Virus record (IMG/VR): IMGVR_UViG_3300036770_004723
Span: 222,585-286,584 of that record
Strand: one strand, 5' to 3'
Length of the DNA stretch: 64,000 nucleotides
Shown here piece by piece: positions 9,713 through 17,884 of this stretch. Under the pieces are notes generated by a model. It was not told the DNA's origin, made no database searches, and saw nothing but the letters and a program-made list of their open reading frames with translations. Both the position numbers and the translations under genes were made by a program. Position 1 is the stretch's first letter, and each line of letters opens with the position of its first letter.

Positions 9713-10303
9713 CTACCTGCCTTTAAATAGGTTAGAACTGACTTTATTTGAAATTTCTTCTACATCGATCTTTATGTAACCCATTACAAGGTCTTCTTGG
9801 TAGTCGTTTGCGAATTTACCTCCTATAACACTGATATTTTTTGCTAAGTATCCAGATACAGGCTTCAAAATATATTTCTCTCCCCAAAGATCTGGTATAA
9901 AAAACAAATAATGGCCTCTATCTAATTCAGACAAGTGTTTTCTGTTTAACCACTTTACTTCTGTACCTAATTCTTTAATACTAGGTAATGTTTCAATGAT
10001 TACATCTATTTCTTTTATTTTACTGTACTGAATACATACTTTAACCGAATATAATGTATTTAGATTTTTATTTTTATGTATTACACTAACAAACTCACTT
10101 AATTCTGTGAACAGTGTTTTATTAAATTCATAAGTGGAGACAGATTCGTATATTTCAAGTACACGACTCTTTATTTTTTCTATTAAATCTGTTTCAGGCA
10201 TTTCTGAATAAATTTTACACAGTTGGCCGTTTTCTAAAATCTTACCTTCACCGGTTAAACACTTAGGGACTATATTCATTTTAAAGGATTCTACTCGATA
10301 CAT
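9713..10303 (-). CDS. hypothetical protein
   Basis: ORF in - strand run. Confidence 0.7.
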   Translation of the reverse strand: MYRVESFKMNIVPKCLTGEGKILENGQLCKIYSEMPETDLIEKIKSRVLEIYESVSTYEFNKTLFTELSEFVSVIHKNKNLNTLYSVKVCIQYSKIKEIDVIIETLPSIKELGTEVKWLNRKHLSELDRGHYLFFIPDLWGEKYILKPVSGYLAKNISVIGGKFANDYQEDLVMGYIKIDVEEISNKVSSNLFKGR

Positions 10304-10479
10304 TTTTCAAGATCCTTGATTGGTGTTGTGTGTCCGTAACATTTACGATAATTCTCTATTAAAAGAGCATCTAATTCTTTTCCCTTCTTTTCTTTTAGAA
10401 GAGTCGCGGCCTTACTCTCTGCCTGTAAAAAGATCTCACCTACTACACTATGGACATAACGGACAGTATTTTTATTCAT
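10291..10479 (-). CDS. small hypothetical protein
   Basis: GAGG RBS, abuts upstream stop. Confidence 0.6.
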   Translation of the reverse strand: MNKNTVRYVHSVVGEIFLQAESKAATLLKEKKGKELDALLIENYRKCYGHTTPIKDLEKCIE

Positions 10480-10896
10480 TTAAAGTACCTCGAACCATTT
10501 ACATTGATCATAAGAAGTATCAGACATCTTGACCCATGAATAACCTAAATCAGTTAATTCTGACTTGGTTTTAATACTATTGAATCTATTGTCAAGTATA
10601 TATGTACCTTTGTCCGTTTCTGTTGCTACCACACAATGCAATTCTTTTTCTTCGGTATGACAAATGATTAATCTAGAGGAATGTCCTTGATCGTGTATTA
10701 ATTTGCGTAAAGCAAGTGCAAAGTCTTCACAGTCTCCGCTGAAAGATTGAGTTCCATCATAATCATCATCTGGCAGTACCCACTTTTCTAATATTCCATA
10801 TTTTTCTACATCACATACATAAGTAAAGCCTTGTTTAACCTTACCGAACAGTTGAATTAACTCATGTTTAGCAATTGGCCTTTTTGTTTGTTCCAT
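10480..10896 (-). CDS. transglutaminase-like cysteine protease (BTLCP / peptidase C93, LapG-like)
   Basis: W..P..GDCEDFAL, LHCVV and YILDNR give a Cys-His-Asp triad signature. Confidence 0.85.
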   Translation of the reverse strand: MEQTKRPIAKHELIQLFGKVKQGFTYVCDVEKYGILEKWVLPDDDYDGTQSFSGDCEDFALALRKLIHDQGHSSRLIICHTEEKELHCVVATETDKGTYILDNRFNSIKTKSELTDLGYSWVKMSDTSYDQCKWFEVL

Positions 10897-11050
10897 TTTT
10901 CTTGTTCTCTATCTCTATTTGTTTTTTAAGTAAAGTACATCCAGCAGGTGAAACTACTTCTTTACCTGTTTTAAATTCATTATCGGGTGATGTACCTGAG
11001 GTTGTTGCACACCCACATAATAGTATACTAAATACAAATGTCTTCATCAA
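10868..11050 (-). CDS. small lipoprotein
   Basis: Signal peptide with lipobox LCGC; overlaps BTLCP start. Confidence 0.7.
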   Translation of the reverse strand: MMKTFVFSILLCGCATTSGTSPDNEFKTGKEVVSPAGCTLLKKQIEIENKKNGTNKKANC

Positions 11051-11177
11051 TTAGATTCCAATTTTTACGGATTTCAGTGAAAAAAGTTTTTAGTATCTTT
11101 AGCAAGACAAAGAACACTACAACACTTATTAAGATAATCACTATCTTACCTGTTGTTAATTCATTTAAATGGATCAT
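11028..11177 (-). CDS. small single-pass membrane protein (49 aa)
   Basis: Manual translation MIHLNELTTGKIVIILISVVVFFVLLKILKTFF..CI*; ATGA-coupled to upstream gene. Confidence 0.6.
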   Translation of the reverse strand: MIHLNELTTGKIVIILISVVVFFVLLKILKTFFTEIRKNWNLIDEDICI

Positions 11178-11428
11178 GTTAATTCTACCACTACATTATT
11201 TATATCAACGTTCAGTGCTTTGGCTATAGTTTCAACCATCAAAGTTTTTGCTGCCTCATAGACATAAGGATTTAAATCTAGTTCATTGTTTTCCTGAACT
11301 TTTTCACGATATCCATTATCGATCATTATGGATTTTACTCGTGATTTTTCAAAGCACACTTTTATTTTATGAGGTTCTGCTTCAATTTCTTCTGTTAAAA
11401 GAAGTTTTATACTAGCGTTATCTAACAT
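11174..11428 (-). CDS. hypothetical protein
   Basis: AAGG RBS. Confidence 0.7.
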   Translation of the reverse strand: MLDNASIKLLLTEEIEAEPHKIKVCFEKSRVKSIMIDNGYREKVQENNELDLNPYVYEAAKTLMVETIAKALNVDINNVVVELT

Positions 11429-11436
11429 ATTTTACC

Positions 11437-11646
11437 TTAAACTTTATTTAATACTGTTATATTGCTAAGGGCTAAGACTATTCCATTATCGAAGTCGTTA
11501 AACTCGCCAAAATCTTTAGCTTCACTTATTTTAGCTTGCAAAGATTCTATTGTTTCAGTTTTATCGTATAAAAGAGAAGTCATTGCGAAAGCAAAGCCAT
11601 TACGTTCGTGCCTTTTCTTTCTTTTCTCTCGCCATTTACCGAACAT
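11437..11646 (-). CDS. hypothetical protein
   Basis: AGGAG RBS. Confidence 0.7.
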   Translation of the reverse strand: MFGKWREKRKKRHERNGFAFAMTSLLYDKTETIESLQAKISEAKDFGEFNDFDNGIVLALSNITVLNKV

Positions 11647-12112
11647 TAATTTTCTCCTGATCTACATAAGATTGTTTAACATCTGACATTTTTACTCTTA
11701 GAGTTGGAGCATAACCTTTTATAAGTTCAGACATTTCATCTTCGCAATCTGGATCTAGTGTATACCAAAACTTATCGGCGCGTCCTTTGTTAGGATCTAG
11801 AACAACAAGCTTATCGTCTTTATCCAAATACATTATTACGCTGTGATTTCCTGCTACAGTATTTAATGAAGGCACTGTACATAAGTAAAAATATCCATCG
11901 TCAATATAATCAACTATTGGATTAAGTAGCTCATGCTCGATACCTAAAGATTTTAAAAAAGTATGCTCATTTACCTTATAGCAATTCTTTTTAAAATCTT
12001 GATGAAAGACTTCAGTTATTTTATCAATGTGAATGCCTGTAAGCATGGATAAACTGGCAGACACACAGTTATCACTTAAAGTTTGAATAACGTGTTTTAT
12101 ACGGAAGTCCAT
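11636..12112 (-). CDS. peptidase C39-like (papain-fold) protein
   Basis: Q....NCVSASLSML, NHSVIM and VLDPN motifs. Confidence 0.7.
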   Translation of the reverse strand: MDFRIKHVIQTLSDNCVSASLSMLTGIHIDKITEVFHQDFKKNCYKVNEHTFLKSLGIEHELLNPIVDYIDDGYFYLCTVPSLNTVAGNHSVIMYLDKDDKLVVLDPNKGRADKFWYTLDPDCEDEMSELIKGYAPTLRVKMSDVKQSYVDQEKINVR

Positions 12113-12116
12113 AAAA

Positions 12117-12563
12117 TTAAATCCATTTTTCTTCTGTTATAGAATAGGCGAGTACATTACTGCCTGTACAGATGTCTCGGGTTGCCGTATATTTTATGGC
12201 CTCAATGGCGTTCTTGCCGTGATCTAATGCAGCTAGTGCAAAATGTTCTCCTGAACCTAAAGTTACACTGCAAGCTAACTTACAGCCATACGGCTGATTT
12301 TTGTCTGATGTTCTATGGTAGACTTCTTTGGTTTTCTTATCAAAGTATAATGCAGCACATTCAATAGAGGATTCAACTTGTTCACCATTAAAAATCTGCA
12401 CCAACTTATTATAGTCAGCTAATTTACCACAAAAGAACCATATACCGTCTTGTGTTTCCACAAATTTGTCCACAGACTCGTCTGTTAGAATTACAGTTTC
12501 TAATAGTACTCTTTGATCCACTGCTAATATTTTTGATTTATGATCATACACAACAGTTGTCAT
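12117..12563 (-). CDS. Ntn-hydrolase, HslV/proteasome-beta-like protein
   Basis: N-terminal MTT, LAVD, CG.LAD, LGSG..FALAAL, D..TG motifs. Confidence 0.75.
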   Translation of the reverse strand: MTTVVYDHKSKILAVDQRVLLETVILTDESVDKFVETQDGIWFFCGKLADYNKLVQIFNGEQVESSIECAALYFDKKTKEVYHRTSDKNQPYGCKLACSVTLGSGEHFALAALDHGKNAIEAIKYTATRDICTGSNVLAYSITEEKWI

Positions 12564-12575
12564 CTTATTTACCTT

Positions 12576-13448
12576 TTAGTAGTTCTTTACAATTACTTCA
12601 ACAGTGTTATTGAGTTTGTTGTCTACAGCACGGTTAAGAGTGTAGGCTTCACCTTTTGTTCTGAATTCTGGATAAATAACTTTATATTGCTTCATCCACT
12701 TAGCCAGTTCTTTATTTTTGTGCCCACGGTGTTGAACACAATTACTTAGGATCCATCGAATACCTAAACCGTCTAGATAATCCAACATACTAAACAACTT
12801 TAGATCGTTATCTTTATTCCAATTGCCTTCATAGACATTATCGCCGCTAGCAGAATACGGAGGATCGAAATAAAAAACGTGATTTTTGTCAATTTTCTTA
12901 ATTGCCTTCTTAACATACTGAAGGTAACAAAGATTATGTAATTTTATATTCTGCAAACGATTCCATATCTCTGTAATATGGGCATCACGCGAATTAGATG
13001 GATTTGACGTCCTGAATCCGAAAGGTAAATTAAACTCACCTTCTGCATTAAATCTGATTAAACTGCTAAAGCTATGTTTACTTAATACCCAAAGTCGATC
13101 AGGTGTCATGTTTTTGTTACATCGTTGGCGGTAACGATAATAAGCATCTTCATCTTGTGCTTCACGACCTAGCTTGTTTCTCTTTATCTCTGTATTTAAA
13201 AGCTTAATAAGCTTGTCTGATTCAGATGTAGTTTTAATGAATTCCATTATACTAAATACATTTTTATCGTATTCATTGTAATGTACTTTCTTACCTTGAC
13301 CTAAAGCATTAAGTGCTATTACTCCAGAACCTCCAAACACATCATGCAAAACTTTATATTCACCTAATAGACTTTTAATCTGATCAACTAGCTTAAACTT
13401 GCTTCCTTGATATGCTATAGGTCCACGAATTATTTTAAAAGCGTCCAT
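12576..13448 (-). CDS. dam: Dam-family (D12 class) DNA adenine methyltransferase
   Basis: YQGSKFKL, DVFGGSG, RFN..G.FN.PFG and YFDPPY motifs, T4-Dam-like. Confidence 0.9.
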   Translation of the reverse strand: MDAFKIIRGPIAYQGSKFKLVDQIKSLLGEYKVLHDVFGGSGVIALNALGQGKKVHYNEYDKNVFSIMEFIKTTSESDKLIKLLNTEIKRNKLGREAQDEDAYYRYRQRCNKNMTPDRLWVLSKHSFSSLIRFNAEGEFNLPFGFRTSNPSNSRDAHITEIWNRLQNIKLHNLCYLQYVKKAIKKIDKNHVFYFDPPYSASGDNVYEGNWNKDNDLKLFSMLDYLDGLGIRWILSNCVQHRGHKNKELAKWMKQYKVIYPEFRTKGEAYTLNRAVDNKLNNTVEVIVKNY

Positions 13449-13549
13449 CGGTTAAAACCTTAAACAGTTATTTTATGTTCTTTTAAATTAGGTTTATTAG
13501 AACCTTACGGTACAATGTTTACTATTTAGTTTCTAATAAATTAAAATAT

Positions 13550-13639
13550 CTACACGGTCAAACCTAATACAATAAACATAATTCCTACAATTAGAATAGC
13601 TAAAACTTTAATATACGGATATTTAGATTGATTATCCAC
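13550..13639 (-). CDS. 29-aa single-TM micropeptide
   Basis: GAGG RBS 5 nt before GTG; MDNQSKYPYIKVLAILIVGIMFIVLGLTV*. Confidence 0.55.
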   Translation of the reverse strand: MDNQSKYPYIKVLAILIVGIMFIVLGLTV

Positions 13640-13714
13640 TGGAACCTCATATTGCTTTATATGAAAATTTAAGCATCTGGAGAACTGATACCTATTAATT
13701 TATTTTACTTCAGA

Positions 13715-14203
13715 TTATTTATTTCCAGACCAATCATCTAAGCCTACAGTAATTGTATTGCCTTTTAAGGAAAGGTGACTGTCGCTCAATGGTTGAAATT
13801 CAATTTCGTATTCTAGCAGGTCTGATTTTGTAACCTCATACTTTGCACCAATAGAAAAAGTTTTAAATTTACCGTGAACAATACTGTCCAATAAGGCAGA
13901 AGCTTGCAAAACATTTACACTAGGTAGCCAGAAAACTTGAATACGGTTTTTATCGACCTTACCAATCTTTACGAATACGCGACGCCAATATTGATCCATG
14001 TAACTTGATCTGTCTTTTCTCCATTTAGATTTACGTACAGAAATGCCGAATGTTCTGTAAACAAGAATTACAACCCTATCGTTAGTATCAAGTGCTTTCT
14101 TTAAAGCACTTGGATCAGGCAAACCACAAAATGATACGGTCTTTGGCATTGGTACAGAATCTAATTGATTCTTCCAATTGCGGATAGCAGTATTAATCGA
14201 CAT
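13715..14203 (-). CDS. hypothetical protein, paralog of 16773..17159
   Basis: Shared GLPDP..LVYR.FG.S.RKSKWRK..QYWRRVFVKIGKVDKNRI. Confidence 0.8.
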   Translation of the reverse strand: MSINTAIRNWKNQLDSVPMPKTVSFCGLPDPSALKKALDTNDRVVILVYRTFGISVRKSKWRKDRSSYMDQYWRRVFVKIGKVDKNRIQVFWLPSVNVLQASALLDSIVHGKFKTFSIGAKYEVTKSDLLEYEIEFQPLSDSHLSLKGNTITVGLDDWSGNK

Positions 14204-14617
14204 TTAGTTCTCCAAATAAAGTTTAACATTAAGGAGGTAGTGCATTTTATGTTTGATAGTTACCTGTGTAAATCGAACAGTTTTACGATTTAATTTGACT
14301 TGAAGTTTTAATTGTTTAGCTAGCTGTTTGCTTGCATGATCCAAACTTAAATGTTCAGCACTGGCCGTATAAACTTTTTTACCTTTAGGTGCTTTTACAT
14401 CTAACCCGCCATTTTTACAACCAAGCAAAATACACAGTGCATTAGTTAAATGTTGCACTGTCTTTTCTGAACTATGTACCAAGTTACTTGCGTTAAAAGT
14501 GCGTAGAGGATCTGCAAAGTTATTGAATACACTCTCAAATTCGTTTTCGTTTTTAACTTCAATAATGGCCTGAGACTCATTATCAATGGTTACAGGAATT
14601 TTATTAGATTTCTTCAT
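14204..14617 (-). CDS. hypothetical protein
   Basis: Coupled ORF. Confidence 0.7.
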   Translation of the reverse strand: MKKSNKIPVTIDNESQAIIEVKNENEFESVFNNFADPLRTFNASNLVHSSEKTVQHLTNALCILLGCKNGGLDVKAPKGKKVYTASAEHLSLDHASKQLAKQLKLQVKLNRKTVRFTQVTIKHKMHYLLNVKLYLEN

Positions 14618-15333
14618 TTAATTTTGATTCCATTCGATTTCCTACGTGACAATATGTTGTAAGCTGCTTGCGCGGCCTGTTCAATTTCTTTTGCTACAGT
14701 GTGTCCACCTACCGCAGTAGCATAAACATTTTGACCTGCATATACCAGTACGTCCAATACTTCTATAGGAACTAATTCGTATCCTTTTGGAATTAAACCA
14801 CTGGCACGTAAGGCTGAAGGACTGTAACCTATACTTCGCAGTGGATGATTGACGCTCTTGTAATCTGCACGTTCAACACGAGTAAACTTGTACTGTTTAC
14901 GTAAACGTTCTTCTTCATCTGCAATTCGTTTGCGTTGTGCCTGATCAGTAAGCTTTGCGTAAATTGATTCAAACTCAGCGGCCCTTCCATACACAAGACC
15001 TAGTACATCGCGTAAAGCACCTTCAGTAACATTCAAGTAAATTGAATCTTGAATTTGATCTATGTGACTGCAATTGAAATCCATAAATGGCATACGTAGT
15101 AAAGGAAATTCGTATGCGGCTTGCCTAAGTACATCAAACCAAATTTCTTCTATCTGCGCTTTTAGACTTACAGTTATAGCTTCGTGCATTAAAGAAGCAG
15201 TACGTTTGGTTATATTTGATGATACAAACATTACGATTGCCGATTGTTCTTTATACGCATTAATAACAACAAGATCGTCTTCGGTAGCCAGTTCAATATC
15301 TGAATTACATATTAACTTCGGTTTACTGAACAT
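14614..15333 (-). CDS. hypothetical protein
   Basis: GGAG RBS, coupled ORF. Confidence 0.75.
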   Translation of the reverse strand: MFSKPKLICNSDIELATEDDLVVINAYKEQSAIVMFVSSNITKRTASLMHEAITVSLKAQIEEIWFDVLRQAAYEFPLLRMPFMDFNCSHIDQIQDSIYLNVTEGALRDVLGLVYGRAAEFESIYAKLTDQAQRKRIADEEERLRKQYKFTRVERADYKSVNHPLRSIGYSPSALRASGLIPKGYELVPIEVLDVLVYAGQNVYATAVGGHTVAKEIEQAAQAAYNILSRRKSNGIKIK

Positions 15334-15335
15334 AC

Positions 15336-15644
15336 TTATTCTCCGCTAGTACAGTTACCTACTACAACTGTATAAGTTTCACTATATCCAGCTTGTGTTA
15401 TATGGAACTCTATATTTTCAATTTTTTGTAGTACATTGAATACAGCTACAAGTTTACCCTTTACACAAACTTCCGTTATTAACTCAGCACGATCTTTTAA
15501 AGAGGATTCTTTAATAGGTGGCTCAGGAAAACCAAGTAGATCCATAGTGAAATACGAAGCAGTAGCAATACCTAGTACGAAAAGAAGCATATAGAAAAAG
15601 CCACTAAACATACTCTTTATATCTTTAGTCGTGATTTGTGACAT
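15336..15644 (-). CDS. membrane-anchored hypothetical protein
   Basis: N-terminal TM segment. Confidence 0.7.
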   Translation of the reverse strand: MSQITTKDIKSMFSGFFYMLLFVLGIATASYFTMDLLGFPEPPIKESSLKDRAELITEVCVKGKLVAVFNVLQKIENIEFHITQAGYSETYTVVVGNCTSGE

Positions 15645-16197
15645 CTAAGCTTCTCCAATTACGTGACATTGGAATTAATTCATGTTCAATAATACTTTTA
15701 ATATTTGACAGAATTGCACCTAGACTATCAATGCCACCAACTTCGTGCGAGTGTAATCGAATCTTTTGCTTGCAAGATGCAAATTCGAAAACACAGATAG
15801 GTACTTTTGAAGGCGTTTCACCAATTTTATAATAAACACTACCTGAAAATGGTGTATCTTCATCATTTATCATTACGTATTTAGTTATAAAGCTTTCTGC
15901 TTTTACGCACGAGAAAAAATGCTCTATTGCGTTAACTACTCGCAGGCATTTTTCTTCAAACTTAGCTTGACCTGTTTCTCCATGTTCCCCATAACTATGA
16001 ATACCTATAACACAGCTACCCCAAGCAATTGTAAATTTTCCATAGAAATGGTGAGGTATTAAAAAGTGAGGATTGAATCTGTGTTCTACTTGCCAGCTAA
16101 TTGCATTGAGTGAAGGACTAGCCTGCAAAAAACTTCTATTTGAATATTGATTCATTTTGAAACCTCTATTTGAATATTGATAAATTTCGTTACTCAT
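15625..16197 (-). CDS. hypothetical protein (start may be 16154)
   Basis: ORF; N-terminus contains duplicated QYSNR and an AGAGG RBS before the second Met. Confidence 0.7.
   Translation of the reverse strand: MSNEIYQYSNRGFKMNQYSNRSFLQASPSLNAISWQVEHRFNPHFLIPHHFYGKFTIAWGSCVIGIHSYGEHGETGQAKFEEKCLRVVNAIEHFFSCVKAESFITKYVMINDEDTPFSGSVYYKIGETPSKVPICVFEFASCKQKIRLHSHEVGGIDSLGAILSNIKSIIEHELIPMSRNWRSLDVTNHD
16131..16181. repeat. 21-bp imperfect direct repeat, 30-bp period
   Basis: aacttctatttgaatattgat at 16131 and aacctctatttgaatattgat at 16161. Confidence 0.8.
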
Positions 16198-16795
16198 AAG
16201 GTGTTGTTTCCTTGTGTGGAGGCATTTTACGAATTCGTTCCGTTACTTTTTCACAGTGCCTACGTGCCGCTAAAAATCCTTTAGTGTAGTGCATTCCGTT
16301 ATTATAGCAAACATTGTCAATAAAGAATGTTCTACCTGGTCTCATAACTATGTTGTACAATAGATGTGAGTAGATGTGATCACGATGTACGTAATTGCTT
16401 TTCCACATACCTTGTGGAGTGTATCCAGATCTTCGTGTGTATAAATTTGGATAGACACCTACAGAAACATAGAAGTTTTGATCTGGTAAACGGAAACCAA
16501 ACTCTTCGTATAGCCGTTTTGCCATACGATCATTTAGTTCTTTGGCATTTGCTTTATTGTCAGCACAAACATCTTTGTAGATCTCAAGACAATTATCTCT
16601 AAATTCTTTTGACCAAGCAGGAACTATTGGCGTGGCCCATTTAACAAATAGAGTATGACGTTCATGTAATTTGCCTTTACTGTCTTTCCAGTCAACTAGG
16701 GTTACATAGCTAATGTTGTACGCTTTGTCTTCTTGTCGTTCAACGTATTTACGTACAACAGTATTCCCTGATCTAAATGGGATTGGTTGATACAT
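16190..16795 (-). CDS. hypothetical protein
   Basis: ORF track 16190..16846; AAGGA RBS favours start at 16795. Confidence 0.75.
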   Translation of the reverse strand: MYQPIPFRSGNTVVRKYVERQEDKAYNISYVTLVDWKDSKGKLHERHTLFVKWATPIVPAWSKEFRDNCLEIYKDVCADNKANAKELNDRMAKRLYEEFGFRLPDQNFYVSVGVYPNLYTRRSGYTPQGMWKSNYVHRDHIYSHLLYNIVMRPGRTFFIDNVCYNNGMHYTKGFLAARRHCEKVTERIRKMPPHKETTPYE

Positions 16796-17159
16796 CAATA
16801 TTTCCTTTATCAAAACCTGCTGTAGGACACCAAACATCTGGTACAAAAGACCTAGTGCCGTTATACTTTTGTTTATCTAGTTTCTGGACAGGTAAATAAA
16901 ATACTTTGATTCGATTTTTATCTACTTTACCGATCTTTACGAATACGCGACGCCAATACTGAACAAGATGGCTGCTTCGATTTTTTCTCCATTTGCTTTT
17001 GCGTCCGCTGGTGCCGAAATTACGATAAACCAAAATAAGTGCAGTACCGTTGTTTTCAAGTGCTTGACCTAGTTTGATTGGATCAGGCAAACCAAAGAAT
17101 GAAGTCACTTTAGGTACATTCTCTTTTTTACAATCCTCAATATATTTTTCAAAATTCAT
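16773..17159 (-). CDS. hypothetical protein, paralog of 13715..14203
   Basis: GGAG RBS; shared motif block. Confidence 0.8.
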   Translation of the reverse strand: MNFEKYIEDCKKENVPKVTSFFGLPDPIKLGQALENNGTALILVYRNFGTSGRKSKWRKNRSSHLVQYWRRVFVKIGKVDKNRIKVFYLPVQKLDKQKYNGTRSFVPDVWCPTAGFDKGNIDVSTNPI

Positions 17160-17181
17160 TTTTGTCTCCAGAATTAAAGTC

Positions 17182-17820
17182 TTATCTGATTATAAGATGT
17201 TTTTGGCACAAAGTATGGTCCTGTAGATATGGATGGTGCTTATCTATTGTAATGGCTGTGTTGTCACAAGCAGAACACTTTATTCCTTTATCTTTAGCAT
17301 GTTCTTTATAAATAATTTTGTAAGGCACATATTCATTTTCTAACATAACACAGTTAGATAAAATTCTAGTATAGCCGGATGTTTTAATAGAAAAAGGCTT
17401 TAATCTATCTTCTGATATATCAATACGTTTCATGAAATTTCGAAATTTATTTAAAGCCAGTTCGTCTTGCCTTGAACTGTATGAACCTACAAAAAGAGCT
17501 ACCACAGTATTTTTGTTTGTGGTGTAGTGTGCTATATGGTCATTAAGACATATAACATCCCCCTTAATTATGTTTACTGAACTATCCTCTGATATAAGTA
17601 ACCCATCAGAATGTAACGGTAGCACATATACAAAACCAGTATTATCTATGTGTTTACCTACATTAGGTTTCCAGCCATAGATTTCAACTATTTTACTGTT
17701 CTCTGTGCCTACTACAGGGCCTTTAACTCTGTTTAGTCTTTGACACATATAATGATATCTTAGGCTGGAATAAATTTTATCTGATACTTTAATGTTTCCG
17801 ACAATTTCCAAACTTAACAT
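17182..17820 (-). CDS. putative 2OG-Fe(II) oxygenase-like protein with C-terminal Zn finger
   Basis: KHIDN (HxD), GDVICLNDHIAHYT (distal His); CSAC..LCQKH; AGGTG RBS before 17820. Confidence 0.55.
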   Translation of the reverse strand: MLSLEIVGNIKVSDKIYSSLRYHYMCQRLNRVKGPVVGTENSKIVEIYGWKPNVGKHIDNTGFVYVLPLHSDGLLISEDSSVNIIKGDVICLNDHIAHYTTNKNTVVALFVGSYSSRQDELALNKFRNFMKRIDISEDRLKPFSIKTSGYTRILSNCVMLENEYVPYKIIYKEHAKDKGIKCSACDNTAITIDKHHPYLQDHTLCQKHLIIR

Positions 17821-17830
17821 AGAGACACCT

Positions 17831-17872
17831 AAAGAAAAAGGCAAGAGAATCTCTTGCCTTATATTTACAGTT
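17831..17872 (-). terminator. intrinsic terminator preceded by CTGTAAAT motif
   Basis: AACTGTAAATAT-AAGGCAAGAG-ATT-CTCTTGCCTT-TTTCTTT. Confidence 0.75.
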
Positions 17873-17884
17873 TAATCAAGTACA

